DNA of 64,000 bases from a virus. Lineage: Duplodnaviria > Caudoviricetes. The translations under genes and the position numbers were made by a program. Shown here one piece after another: positions 8,761-18,289 of this stretch (position 1 is its first letter; each line of letters begins with the position of its first letter). The notes beneath the pieces are model-generated. The model was given only the letters and a program-made list of their open reading frames with translations. It did not search any database and had not been told where the DNA came from. The stretch spans positions 9,326 through 73,325 of the IMG/VR virus record IMGVR_UViG_645044602_000001; one strand, 5' to 3'.

Positions 8761-8857
8761 TCTCAGGCTGGATGGACCCCCGTGTGAGGTGACTGCTGAA
8801 GTAGAGAGTAACTACCTCGAAACTGCTGAAGCCAAGAGATACCGGGGCAGCCTGAGA
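8761..8857 (+). ncRNA. candidate structured RNA of unknown family
   Basis: TCTCAGGCTG/CAGCCTGAGA 10-bp closing stem, nested stems and two ACTGCTGAAG repeats, directly upstream of a terminator. Confidence 0.35.
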
Positions 8858-8866
8858 TGTCCGGAT

Positions 8867-8904
8867 AAAAGCCCCCTACTGGTAGTTCGGTAGGGGGCTT
8901 TTTT
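8867..8904 (+). terminator. rho-independent terminator
   Basis: AAAAGCCCCCTAC...GTAGGGGGCTTTTTT. Confidence 0.85.
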
Positions 8905-8930
8905 CATCCCTCAAACTAAGGAACAAAACC

Positions 8931-9158
8931 ATGAAGAACCCTTTCGTCACTTCCCGTAAGACCGTAGATGGTGTGATGGCTGCTTTCACGCAGACGATTA
9001 ATGACCTCGACAAGATTGCCAATCAGAACATGGCTGATGTCCATGCCCTGACTGAGCAACAAAAGCAGATTCAGCTTCAAATCGAGGCAGCCAATGCTGA
9101 ATCGACTCGTGCTGACAACATTAGTGCTTCGCTCCGCAATCTGATCGGCGCAAACTGA
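8931..9158 (+). CDS. hypothetical coiled-coil protein (75 aa)
   Basis: AAGGA RBS; lies just upstream of rIIA. Confidence 0.65.
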   Translation: MKNPFVTSRKTVDGVMAAFTQTINDLDKIANQNMADVHALTEQQKQIQLQIEAANAESTRADNISASLRNLIGAN

Positions 9159-9183
9159 TCTCTCACCAACAGGAGACTATCCA

Positions 9184-11766
9184 ATGCAAGTTCTTAACGG
9201 TGGTGATTTCGACCAGAAAAATGTGCTGATCGGAGGGACCGGAAAGACCGAGAGCTTCGGGGTTACAAATGACCCCGTGCTCATGGGTATGTTGTCCACT
9301 GGCCTCTATCAGAAGCCTCTTCGGACCATGATTCAAGAAACGATGTTCAACGCTTGGGATGCTCACCGCATGGGCAACTGCCAAGACAAGTGCATCGACA
9401 TCTACATCAATGATACTTCGGGCCTTATCATTCGTGACTATGGTCCGGGTATCCACAAAAATGAGATCCATCCCATTTACTGCATCTATGGGAACTCAAC
9501 CAAACGCAACAATGATGAACTGACAGGTGGCTTTGGGCTTGGTTCCAAATCTCCCTATGCCTATGCAGACAGCTTTACAGTGACATCTCACCATGATGGC
9601 TTCAAAGGCATGTACATCATGAATCGTGTCTCTGAAGAAAACCAAGGTGGACCGGGACGATCTATCATCTTTGAGGACATCCCTACTCCTGAATCTGGTC
9701 TTGTCGTGACCATTCCTCTGAAGAACGATAACGACATGTTTCGTGCCTACGAGTGCATCAAAGACATTCTCTATCTGTCTGGAATCAAAGCAAGAATCCA
9801 TATGAAGGATGAACCTCCTGAAGAGATTTTTGCTGACACTGTGCCTCCCGGTGAATGGATTGTGGACGAAGATAAGCAAAAAGGTCAGCTTTTTGCTGTC
9901 TATGGTGGGGTTCGTTATGAGATCATCAATGATGATGCTTACGATGACGAGTTTCGATTTGTCCGAAAAATGTCAAACTTGCTGGGCAATATGTACATCG
10001 GTTTCAAGGCTTCGACTTTGACTCCTCTTCCCAGTCGTGAAGGTCTGAACCTGAACGAACGTACTGTGGCAACCATCAAGAATCAGCTTGAAGTGATGGA
10101 AGAAAACTTCCGACAGATGCTGAATCCGGTAGCTCGTGTCATGATCAACGAGTCTTTCAAGTCTCTTTGTGAGTCTGGTATTGAACCCAAATTCCTTGTG
10201 GAAGCATGGGTCAAAGTAGGTGATCAAAAGCATCTTTCAGATATGGTTGATTCATCACACCCCATCATGGATGCTGCTAAGGAACAATGCCCCTCAAGCA
10301 TGAATCAATCCATGTGGAACAGTCTGTGTGATTTGTCCTATCGACGTACTCAAGACGTGTTCAAGATGATTGGTGGCGATAAATTCAACACCATGAAATA
10401 TATCGTCTGGGCTAAACGATTCCCTCAGTACAGGCACTACAAAGATTATCTGTTAGGACGAATTTCGACCCGTAAGAAAGAGTACAAGAATGTTTTCTCA
10501 TATGAATGTCCTCTTTCTATGGCAGATCTTATCACTGCCAAACAGATCTGCGATGCAGCCTCAAATCAAGACACTGATATTCGTGTGGCTCGTCGTGACA
10601 ACTGGGAACCAGTTGAAAACATTCGTCGTGCCGGGAAGCTGAAGGATCTGTCCTACAAAAAATTGGCTATTGCCAATGCTCTTCTCAAAGAGAAGAAACT
10701 GAAGCTACCTGATACTCGGTATCCAGATCGTCTATGGTTCCTTAAAGACGGTGAAGAACTGAATGATGTCTATCTGACAAAAACCGTAATTCTGGCCAAA
10801 ACCATTACGGCTCTGAAAGAGACTTCATTCAAATACCAAGCCATGTTCACTTCTAAATATCCGGAAGTCAGCAACTACCATAACTTCCATCGTTCTAACT
10901 TTGGAACAGGATATTATTACAGTCACAATCATCCTGTAGCAGCCATTGTTGTTCACCAACGAAATGGAGGCTATGACAACGCACTGAAAGCGTTGAAACA
11001 GGCTGGTTACACTGTCTATGAGGCTGATAAACCTGAAGTTCGTACACGGACTGTAAAGCCTGTTGCTGCTGATGGAACAACAGTTGCCAAAGAAGTGATC
11101 ACCTATCCTTTGCTCAGTACCTCTTTTGTAAACTGGGCAGATTGGAACAACTCAGTTGAAAATCCGACGTGCTATGTATGTGTAACTGAACACAAAGTCC
11201 GTCATGGATATTCTTCTGATAAACCAAGTACCAGACTCCTTAATTGGGTGTCTGCCAATACTCCTCGATTCGTGATTCTGCACAACAAAAATCGTGCAGG
11301 TCGTCTCAAAAAGAAGGGAATCCCTTCGTTTGAGGAAAAACTCGATCATCTGGTCGATAAAATCCTTGCAGACCAAGAGCGAGTCAACAAACTCGTTCTA
11401 CATAGCATTTTCATGGAACACTCAGATCTCCCAACAGAGCTTCGTGATCTTCCTGAAGTGCAAAAGTTCTTCAAGGTTCCCTATTTCAGAAACAGTCAAA
11501 AGGAAGCCTTTGCTCGTGATATGAATGTTCTCGTTGAAATTGAGAACATGCGTTCAAATGAGTGGGTCAGCCGAGACATCATCAAGAAAGTCAAAGACTC
11601 GATGGATGTGGCTCGTAAAACTGACTCTGTTCTTTTGGTTCGTTCGATGGCCAATAAGACCAAGCTCTTCAACGAGTATCAACTGAGGGATTACCTCATA
11701 GGTCTGAAACCCGGTGAAGTGAAATGCTTCTCCGAAAAACTTCTACGCTTCTTGCGAACTGTTTGA
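9184..11766 (+). CDS. rIIA: rIIA-like protein
   Basis: N-terminal GHKL ATPase motifs (E-xx-x-NAWDAH, IRDYGPGI, GGFGLGSKSPYAY); adjacent to rIIB. Confidence 0.9.
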   Translation: MQVLNGGDFDQKNVLIGGTGKTESFGVTNDPVLMGMLSTGLYQKPLRTMIQETMFNAWDAHRMGNCQDKCIDIYINDTSGLIIRDYGPGIHKNEIHPIYCIYGNSTKRNNDELTGGFGLGSKSPYAYADSFTVTSHHDGFKGMYIMNRVSEENQGGPGRSIIFEDIPTPESGLVVTIPLKNDNDMFRAYECIKDILYLSGIKARIHMKDEPPEEIFADTVPPGEWIVDEDKQKGQLFAVYGGVRYEIINDDAYDDEFRFVRKMSNLLGNMYIGFKASTLTPLPSREGLNLNERTVATIKNQLEVMEENFRQMLNPVARVMINESFKSLCESGIEPKFLVEAWVKVGDQKHLSDMVDSSHPIMDAAKEQCPSSMNQSMWNSLCDLSYRRTQDVFKMIGGDKFNTMKYIVWAKRFPQYRHYKDYLLGRISTRKKEYKNVFSYECPLSMADLITAKQICDAASNQDTDIRVARRDNWEPVENIRRAGKLKDLSYKKLAIANALLKEKKLKLPDTRYPDRLWFLKDGEELNDVYLTKTVILAKTITALKETSFKYQAMFTSKYPEVSNYHNFHRSNFGTGYYYSHNHPVAAIVVHQRNGGYDNALKALKQAGYTVYEADKPEVRTRTVKPVAADGTTVAKEVITYPLLSTSFVNWADWNNSVENPTCYVCVTEHKVRHGYSSDKPSTRLLNWVSANTPRFVILHNKNRAGRLKKKGIPSFEEKLDHLVDKILADQERVNKLVLHSIFMEHSDLPTELRDLPEVQKFFKVPYFRNSQKEAFARDMNVLVEIENMRSNEWVSRDIIKKVKDSMDVARKTDSVLLVRSMANKTKLFNEYQLRDYLIGLKPGEVKCFSEKLLRFLRTV

Positions 11767-11785
11767 TCAAACGAAAGGACGAAGC

Positions 11786-13216
11786 ATGTCTTCAAACACG
11801 AAAAACATCGTGTCAATGTTGGCTTCCGAAGAGAAAATCATGCTGATCACTGCCGAAGGGCAAGTGCTCGACATGAAGAACAACGGACCCTACAACACGA
11901 CAGCAATCGCGGAGTATCTTACTCCCAAACTTGATGGAAAGAGCGTGGTTCCCCTCGATCTCTCCAACTACATGACTATCCATAAGGCCATCGTGCCTGA
12001 AGGATATGAGGGCAGCGGTATCGTTGTCACTCACATGATTGACGGCAAAGAGGTTCAAGGGATCTTCTATCCCCAAAAAGTCTCTGTGGCTGTTCAACAT
12101 GAAGGACGCGAAGTCGTTATTCCCAACGTGGAAAATCTGGAAAAGCACGCTCATCGTGCTGCAACAGAAAACTCCCCTGCGGTGCGTAATTTCCTTCGTC
12201 GTCTTGCCCCAGTGGTCGAAAGTCGCCTCCACAGTGCAGAAGATCTGATGCAATTCATCAAACGGTCTGAGCTTCCGCTCACCAACGATGGTCTGATCAT
12301 CGGCTACAAAAAGGTGAACCAGAAAGCCAATGGGATGTTCGTTGATGTCCACTCCGGACAGATCGAACAACAGGTCGGGAGTCACGTCTGGATGGACGTG
12401 GACGCAGTGGATCCTTCCCGGAACCGTAGCTGCTCTCACGGCCTGCATGTGGCCAATCTTGGCTATCTGAGTGGGTTCGGTGGTTCCCATACCCTGATCG
12501 TCTTGGTGGATCCTGCAAACTTCATTGCAGTCCCTCATGGCGAGACTGACAAGTGCCGTGTGTGTGCTTACGACGTGATCGGTGTGATGACCGCTCAAGC
12601 ACACAAGATGGTTGATTCTGGTTCATTCGTCACGAGTGAACAAACCTTCAAATCAGTTATCGCTGATGCAGTTGCAGGACGTGCTATCAAGCCGTTCGAG
12701 GCTGTGAAGGTTGGAACCAAAACAGTCTTGGAACGAGTTCCCCTCAAAGGGAATGAAATTCCGTCTGTGGTATTGGAAGCTGCTCGACCTGACGTTCAAC
12801 CCTCTGGTGAAAGTCTGAATACAGACATTGTTCCAGAACAAGAGAAGAAGGACATCGTTAAGATGGCAAAAGCGACCAAAGCCGCAACTTCCGGCCAAAT
12901 GCCTTGGGATACTGCTCCCAAGGAAGTCATCGCAGTCTTCGAAGATCTCCGTCTGGAGAAAGGTTCGAAAGCTGCAATCGCTGCTCTTCACAACACCTCA
13001 ACCCGTACTCTGGGTCGGTGGGCTGAAAAGTATGACTACGACGGATATGTGAAGTCCAAAGAGACGACCATGACCGTTGGTCAGCGTGCTCGTATGCTGT
13101 TCCAGCAAGGCGCATTCGAAGCTCTGGCTTCGTTCAAGCGCACTGCAAAGAAGAGCTACTCTGCTCTGGGCTTCAATAGCCAAGAGATCAGCAAGATTAA
13201 GAAGGCTCTGGCCTAA
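11786..13216 (+). CDS. rIIB: rIIB-like protein
   Basis: LPLTNDGLIIGYKKV, CSHGLHV, VDPANFIAVP and KCRVCAY motifs. Confidence 0.9.
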   Translation: MSSNTKNIVSMLASEEKIMLITAEGQVLDMKNNGPYNTTAIAEYLTPKLDGKSVVPLDLSNYMTIHKAIVPEGYEGSGIVVTHMIDGKEVQGIFYPQKVSVAVQHEGREVVIPNVENLEKHAHRAATENSPAVRNFLRRLAPVVESRLHSAEDLMQFIKRSELPLTNDGLIIGYKKVNQKANGMFVDVHSGQIEQQVGSHVWMDVDAVDPSRNRSCSHGLHVANLGYLSGFGGSHTLIVLVDPANFIAVPHGETDKCRVCAYDVIGVMTAQAHKMVDSGSFVTSEQTFKSVIADAVAGRAIKPFEAVKVGTKTVLERVPLKGNEIPSVVLEAARPDVQPSGESLNTDIVPEQEKKDIVKMAKATKAATSGQMPWDTAPKEVIAVFEDLRLEKGSKAAIAALHNTSTRTLGRWAEKYDYDGYVKSKETTMTVGQRARMLFQQGAFEALASFKRTAKKSYSALGFNSQEISKIKKALA

Positions 13217-13230
13217 TCATCTGTTACTGG

Positions 13231-13295
13231 AAGCAGTAGTGCCAAAATCAGGCTTAATTCCCGAGGTTTTAAGACTAAAAGAGGCACTACTGCTT
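13231..13295. repeat. 13-bp perfect inverted repeat (long stem-loop)
   Basis: AAGCAGTAGTGCC (13231-13243) / GGCACTACTGCTT (13283-13295). Confidence 0.8.
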
Positions 13296-13372
13296 TTGCT
13301 AACTCATGTTCACTTTTTGTTCTACATGACGCAAGTTCCGCCGCAGAACAGAAATCGAAGGAGATTTACCCA

Positions 13373-13681
13373 ATGTGTCGCCGCTCTGAAATCGAATCCA
13401 AAATATATGCCAACGTCGCTGTCATAGATCTGGGGTACGAGTCAGCGTGTCACATTTGGCAAGGCTCTGATTCCGGCACAGGAAGAGGTGGGGGCTATCC
13501 TCGAATGTGTCTCAACGGACAGACAGTAGCTGTCCATCGTGTTATGTATGTGAACCAAAATGGATACGTTCCGGGTAAGAAACAGATTGACCACAAGTGT
13601 CGGAATCGAATGTGTGTCAATCCTGACCACCTTGAAATGGTTACTCATAAAGAGAACCAAAGGAGAAGAGACAATGCGTAA
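13373..13681 (+). CDS. HNH endonuclease (HNH_3-like)
   Basis: CHIWQG...GYP...VHRV...IDHKCRNRMCVNPDHL...EN motif. Confidence 0.85.
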   Translation: MCRRSEIESKIYANVAVIDLGYESACHIWQGSDSGTGRGGGYPRMCLNGQTVAVHRVMYVNQNGYVPGKKQIDHKCRNRMCVNPDHLEMVTHKENQRRRDNA

Positions 13682-14174
13682 ACTGTTTTTCATGGCTCCT
13701 CTGCTGCTTGCAGCTTGTGCGAGTCCTGCTGAACTCTGTGACCGTGAGGCACAGGAATGGAACAAATTCAACACTGAAGAGGACCAATGTGATGGACCAA
13801 GCAATCATGTCTACAGCCGTAGTGCTGATTGGACTTACGATGGTGGGGCTGCTGATTCAAATCCTGAATCAAGTACGCCTGATGCGCCTTCTGAACCGAG
13901 TCCTGACAATGGAGGACCGGATTCTGGCACACCTTCTGATGGTGGATCAGATGGAGATAACGATGGCGGGGACTCCGGTGACAATGGAGGATCTAATCCT
14001 CCGGGATCTGGAGGAAGCGATGTCGGGGGCGACAAAAACAATGGAAACAATGGACATGGGAACGATGATGACGGACATGACTCATCCAATCCCGGAAAAG
14101 GACATGGTGGCCCCAATGGAAACCCAGACGGAACCGACCAAGATGGCTCGCCGGGTAAAGGGAAAGGTCACTGA
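13674..14174 (+). CDS. lipoprotein with Gly/Asp/Asn-rich disordered tail
   Basis: MRKLFFMAPLLLAAC signal peptide with LAAC lipobox; low-complexity C-terminus. Confidence 0.7.
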   Translation: MRKLFFMAPLLLAACASPAELCDREAQEWNKFNTEEDQCDGPSNHVYSRSADWTYDGGAADSNPESSTPDAPSEPSPDNGGPDSGTPSDGGSDGDNDGGDSGDNGGSNPPGSGGSDVGGDKNNGNNGHGNDDDGHDSSNPGKGHGGPNGNPDGTDQDGSPGKGKGH

Positions 14175-14564
14175 ATGATCTTCGTATTTGGTTCCAACAA
14201 ATCTGGCATCCATGGTGCTGGTGCAGCCCGTGTTGCATTTAAGCAACATGGTGCCAAGTGGGGAATCGGAGAGGGCATAGTTGGAAATAGCTATGCCCTT
14301 CCCACCAAGGGATTCCACATCGAAGAACTTCCACTGCTAGAGATTCAATATTCAGTCAATCGTTTCATTGAAACTGCTGAATACTGGAAAGACAGAGGTG
14401 CAGAGTTCCAAGTCACTCGTGTTGGGTGCGGTCTTGGTGGTCACAAAGATCATGACATCGCTCCTATGTTCAGGAATGCTCCTGACAACTGTCTCTTCGA
14501 TGAGTATTGGAAGCCTTGGCTGGATACTCACAAAACCAAACGGAGATATTGGGGAACCTTCTGA
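14175..14564 (+). CDS. A1S_2505-family macrodomain-like phage protein
   Basis: IFVFGSNxxGxHGAGAA...SYALPTK...FQVTRVGCGLGG...IAPMF signature. Confidence 0.75.
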   Translation: MIFVFGSNKSGIHGAGAARVAFKQHGAKWGIGEGIVGNSYALPTKGFHIEELPLLEIQYSVNRFIETAEYWKDRGAEFQVTRVGCGLGGHKDHDIAPMFRNAPDNCLFDEYWKPWLDTHKTKRRYWGTF

Positions 14565-15112
14565 TGACCAAAATCTTCTATGCAGGGATTGGTAGCCGTG
14601 AAACACCCGAAGACGTATGCAGAAAAATGTTTGCAGCAGGCAGGACAATGGCCAAACTCGGATTCATCCTACGATCCGGAGGGGCTGCTGGGGCAGATGA
14701 AGCCTTCGAACTTGGCGTGGCAGATGCAGCTTCTGAACTCAATGTCTCAATCAGGGAAATTGCAGAAATCTACCTCCCATGGAAGGGGTTCAGGAAAAAC
14801 CAATCTCCTCTCTATGGTTCGTGCAAACGCTCTCGACTACTTGTCAAAGAGTTTCACCCTAACTGGGCGAATGTCTCGCCAGCCGGACGTGATTTTCATG
14901 GACGAAATTGTTACCAGATTCTCGGAAAAGAACTGGACAGCCCATCAGCATTCGTCCTCTGTTGGACAAAAGATGGAGCTATCACCGGAGGTACAGGCCA
15001 AGCTCTCCGAGTGGCTCAAGAATACGGTATACCCATCCTCAATTTTGCATGTCATGATGACGAGTACATCAGTGATTTTATTCTCGAACAAGCAGAAAGG
15101 ATGCGAGGATGA
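14564..15112 (+). CDS. SLOG/DprA-like Rossmann-fold protein
   Basis: YAGIGSRETP, LRSGGAAGADEAFE, RNCYQILG and GGTGQA motifs. Confidence 0.8.
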   Translation: MTKIFYAGIGSRETPEDVCRKMFAAGRTMAKLGFILRSGGAAGADEAFELGVADAASELNVSIREIAEIYLPWKGFRKNQSPLYGSCKRSRLLVKEFHPNWANVSPAGRDFHGRNCYQILGKELDSPSAFVLCWTKDGAITGGTGQALRVAQEYGIPILNFACHDDEYISDFILEQAERMRG

Positions 15113-15459
15113 GCGAACACAACAAGAGCGGACTTCGGTGGTGGATCTTCAACAGATTCGGACCCCCGGAAGTCCAAAACCTGATCGACCACATCGACAA
15201 TATGACACAGGACGGTTCGGACATTGTGATCTACCAGTCTGGGGAGTTCAGCTTCAGTGTGAAAACTTCCAACAATCAAGATTTGGATCCCTTGATCTTT
15301 CCAACTCCTCAAGAAAGAGCCTCTTTCCAAGCAGGACTGAGCTACGGAGTTGGGCTAATGGGTGGGACGACAGCTATGCTTACCAAGGATGACTTTGAAA
15401 TCATTGAACAAATGTCAAAGAAATCCACACATGGTGGTGGTGGACACCACAACAACTAA
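15109..15459 (+). CDS. hypothetical protein (116 aa)
   Basis: ATGA-coupled ORF in the operon. Confidence 0.65.
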   Translation: MSEHNKSGLRWWIFNRFGPPEVQNLIDHIDNMTQDGSDIVIYQSGEFSFSVKTSNNQDLDPLIFPTPQERASFQAGLSYGVGLMGGTTAMLTKDDFEIIEQMSKKSTHGGGGHHNN

Positions 15460-15531
15460 ATGTGCTTGCTCCACTGGAGAACCACTGGTACATCACAAGA
15501 CCCATTTCAAAGAAAAACCAAGAGGTCAGCC

Positions 15532-17862
15532 ATGAGTCAAGCTCATTTCCCTCAACCTATTTCAGAGCAGATCTGGAACCAAAAGTACCGCTTCAAAACG
15601 GAACGTGATGGCTTCGTGTCTGACGAGAATGTGGTTGATACTTGGGGTCGGATTGCATCTGCATGTTCCAACCTTCCCCATCTTCACAACAATCATACAG
15701 AGCGTGATGCTTTGGAAGCTCGCTTCTACAATGCCCTGTATGATTTCAAGTTCCTACGTGCTGGTAGGATCAACTCCGGTGCAGGAACAGGCCGGAATGT
15801 GACTCTCTTCAACTGCTACGTCATGGGAACTATCCCTGACAGCCTTGATGGTATCTTTGATATGCTCAAGGAAGCTGCACTCACCATGCAGCAAGGCGGT
15901 GGAATTGGTTATGACTTCTCTACCCTTCGTCCCAAAGGTGCTCTTGTACGAGGCGTGGAGAGCTTCTCCAGCGGTCCTCTCACCTTCATGGATGTCTGGG
16001 ACTCCATGTGCAAAACTATCATGTCTGCTGGCTCACGACGTGGAGCTATGATGGCCACAATGCGTTGTGATCATCCTGACATCATGGACTTTGTTACTGC
16101 CAAGCAAGATCCTCTGCGACTTCGGAACTTCAACGTGTCAGTTCTCTGTACCGATGAGTTCATGGAAGCAGTTTCTGCTGACAGTGATTGGGATCTCGTA
16201 TTTGATGGCAAGGTCTATCAGACCATCAAAGCCAAAGAACTCTGGGATGCCATTCTGTGGAACACTTACAACTACGCTGAACCCGGTGTAATCTTCATTG
16301 ATCGCATCAACAAGGAAAACAACCTTTGGTTTCTTGAAACCATTGCAGCAACGAATCCCTGTGGTGAGCAGCCTTTGCCTCCATATGGAGCTTGCCTTCT
16401 TGGTTCAGTCAATCTGGCAAAGCATGTCGTCTTCCCGTTTGTCAAAGGACAAGCTGAGATCGACATGGGTATGCTAGAACAGACTGTCCGAACTGGTGTT
16501 CGAATTCTTGACAGTGTGGTTGAAACCAGTCTCTTCCCTCTGGAAGCTCAACGAGATGAAGCACGTTTCAAACGTCGCCAAGGTCTTGGTGTGACTGGTT
16601 TGGCTGATGCTCTCTTCATGACAGGTCATAAATACGGCAGCGAACAAGCTGTTGATTTCACTGACACAATCATGATGAACATCGCTATCTGGGCTTACGA
16701 AGAGTCCATCAAGATGGCCAAAGAAATGGGTCCAGCACCTTGTCTGGTCTCAAAAGAAGCTCGTGAAAAGTTCATTCAATCTGGCTTCATGCAACGTATG
16801 CCTCAGTACATCAAGGTTGGTATCCTTGAGTGGGGTATCCGTAACTCTCACCTGCTGTCTGTGGCTCCTACTGGAACCATCAGTATGTATGCAGGTAATG
16901 TGAGTTCAGGTGGTGAACCTATCTTCGCTCCAAAGTATCAGCGTAAGGTAACAAACGATGATGGAACCAAACGCACAGAAACAGTCTATGACTATGCTGT
17001 GCTGAAGTTCGAAGAGCACTTTGGAGAAAACGACAATCCCGAAGCTATCTGGTGGTGGGAAAACTACATGGCAACAGCACAGGATCTTACTCCGGCTGAT
17101 CACATTGTCATGCAGGCTGTGATTCAGAAATGGGTGGACTCATCTATTTCTAAGACTGTGAATCTTCCTGAAGACATCAGCTTTGATGACTTCAAAGCAG
17201 TCTATGATCACGCCTACACAACTGGCTGTAAAGGTTGCACAACCTATCGGCCAAATGACGTGACAGGCTCTGTCTTGTCCGTTGAAACCAAAGAAGAAAA
17301 GCCAATCGAAATTGAGACTTCAGTTCCTCAATACGATGGAGACATGCGTGTTATGTCACGGCCTTCTGTCATTGATGGCACTACCTACAAGTGTCGTTGG
17401 GGACAGGACAGCTACTATGTGACCTTCAACAATGTCATGGATCCTGATCATGATTGGTTCATGCCTTTCGAGATCTTCATCAACAGCAAGAATGTGGAAC
17501 ACCATCAGTGGACTGCTGCCTTGACTCGAATGATCTCGGCAGTCTTCCAACGAGGAGGTGATGTCCGATTCGTTGCAGAAGAACTGAAACAGATCCACGA
17601 CCCCAAAGGTGGTCAATGGATCGAAGGCCGTTACTGTTCTTCTTTGGTTGCTCTCGTCGGCCAAAAGCTGAGTGAGCATCTCGACACGATTGGGTATCAA
17701 TCGACCCCTGAAACAGTGCCTCTTGCTCCAGAGGAAGAAACCCCAACGCAACAGCCCGATCAGTCAGTCCCTGATCAATGCCCGAGTTGTAAAGGTTTCA
17801 ATCTGATCACTGCTTCTGGATGTCCAACGTGTCAGGACTGTGGCTACAGTAAATGTGGCTAA
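15532..17862 (+). CDS. nrdJ: class II (adenosylcobalamin-dependent) ribonucleotide reductase
   Basis: TLFNCYV, GGGIG, TNPCGEQPL, APTGTIS and KGCTTYR motifs; C-terminal TSCPD-like domain and Zn ribbon; no beta subunit nearby. GAGG RBS before ATG 15532. Confidence 0.92.
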   Translation: MSQAHFPQPISEQIWNQKYRFKTERDGFVSDENVVDTWGRIASACSNLPHLHNNHTERDALEARFYNALYDFKFLRAGRINSGAGTGRNVTLFNCYVMGTIPDSLDGIFDMLKEAALTMQQGGGIGYDFSTLRPKGALVRGVESFSSGPLTFMDVWDSMCKTIMSAGSRRGAMMATMRCDHPDIMDFVTAKQDPLRLRNFNVSVLCTDEFMEAVSADSDWDLVFDGKVYQTIKAKELWDAILWNTYNYAEPGVIFIDRINKENNLWFLETIAATNPCGEQPLPPYGACLLGSVNLAKHVVFPFVKGQAEIDMGMLEQTVRTGVRILDSVVETSLFPLEAQRDEARFKRRQGLGVTGLADALFMTGHKYGSEQAVDFTDTIMMNIAIWAYEESIKMAKEMGPAPCLVSKEAREKFIQSGFMQRMPQYIKVGILEWGIRNSHLLSVAPTGTISMYAGNVSSGGEPIFAPKYQRKVTNDDGTKRTETVYDYAVLKFEEHFGENDNPEAIWWWENYMATAQDLTPADHIVMQAVIQKWVDSSISKTVNLPEDISFDDFKAVYDHAYTTGCKGCTTYRPNDVTGSVLSVETKEEKPIEIETSVPQYDGDMRVMSRPSVIDGTTYKCRWGQDSYYVTFNNVMDPDHDWFMPFEIFINSKNVEHHQWTAALTRMISAVFQRGGDVRFVAEELKQIHDPKGGQWIEGRYCSSLVALVGQKLSEHLDTIGYQSTPETVPLAPEEETPTQQPDQSVPDQCPSCKGFNLITASGCPTCQDCGYSKCG

Positions 17863-17888
17863 TCCACTGAGACCATCAATCTCGAAAC

Positions 17889-17921
17889 GTCCCCCCATCA
17901 GTAATGGTGGGGGGATTTTTT
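17889..17921 (+). terminator. rho-independent terminator
   Basis: TCCCCCCATCA-GTAA-TGGTGGGGGGA followed by a T tract. Confidence 0.85.
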
Positions 17922-17934
17922 CACCGAGGATACC

Positions 17935-18264
17935 ATGATCGAAATTTCCTATGAGAACGTAAAAAATGGTCTGGAAAAACAGATCAGCATGACTTGCTTA
18001 TGCACTACTCAGCAGGAGACTGATCGTGTGTTTCGCAATGCCTTGGTTTTATGGGGCGATCTCCCTACAACAAGACCTCATCTCAATGAGAGACTGATTG
18101 ATTTTGTTGATGAATCAGGCAAAATGTTTTGTCTTATATTCAAAGATTTGAAGCCTATGCTTCAAGTAATTGGAAAGGATTCAGAGGCATTTTTATGCTT
18201 CATCCTTCCATCAACCCACAAGAAATACTGCCACGAATGTACGAGCACTACAAAGAGATGGTAG
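17935..18264 (+). CDS. hypothetical protein (109 aa)
   Basis: GAGGA RBS; somewhat AT-rich accessory ORF. Confidence 0.55.
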   Translation: MIEISYENVKNGLEKQISMTCLCTTQQETDRVFRNALVLWGDLPTTRPHLNERLIDFVDESGKMFCLIFKDLKPMLQVIGKDSEAFLCFILPSTHKKYCHECTSTTKRW

Positions 18265-18289
18265 CCCACAATGAAAGGTATCTTGAGCA

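Noticed and set aside
8786-8831. Hammerhead ribozyme (CTGCTGA...GAAA)
   Set aside because: The core deviates from CUGANGA, stem II does not close directly between the core segments, and no stem III/NUH arrangement fits.
14580-15392. 270-aa overlapping + strand ORF
   Set aside because: It overlaps two better-supported, translationally coupled genes and has no motifs.
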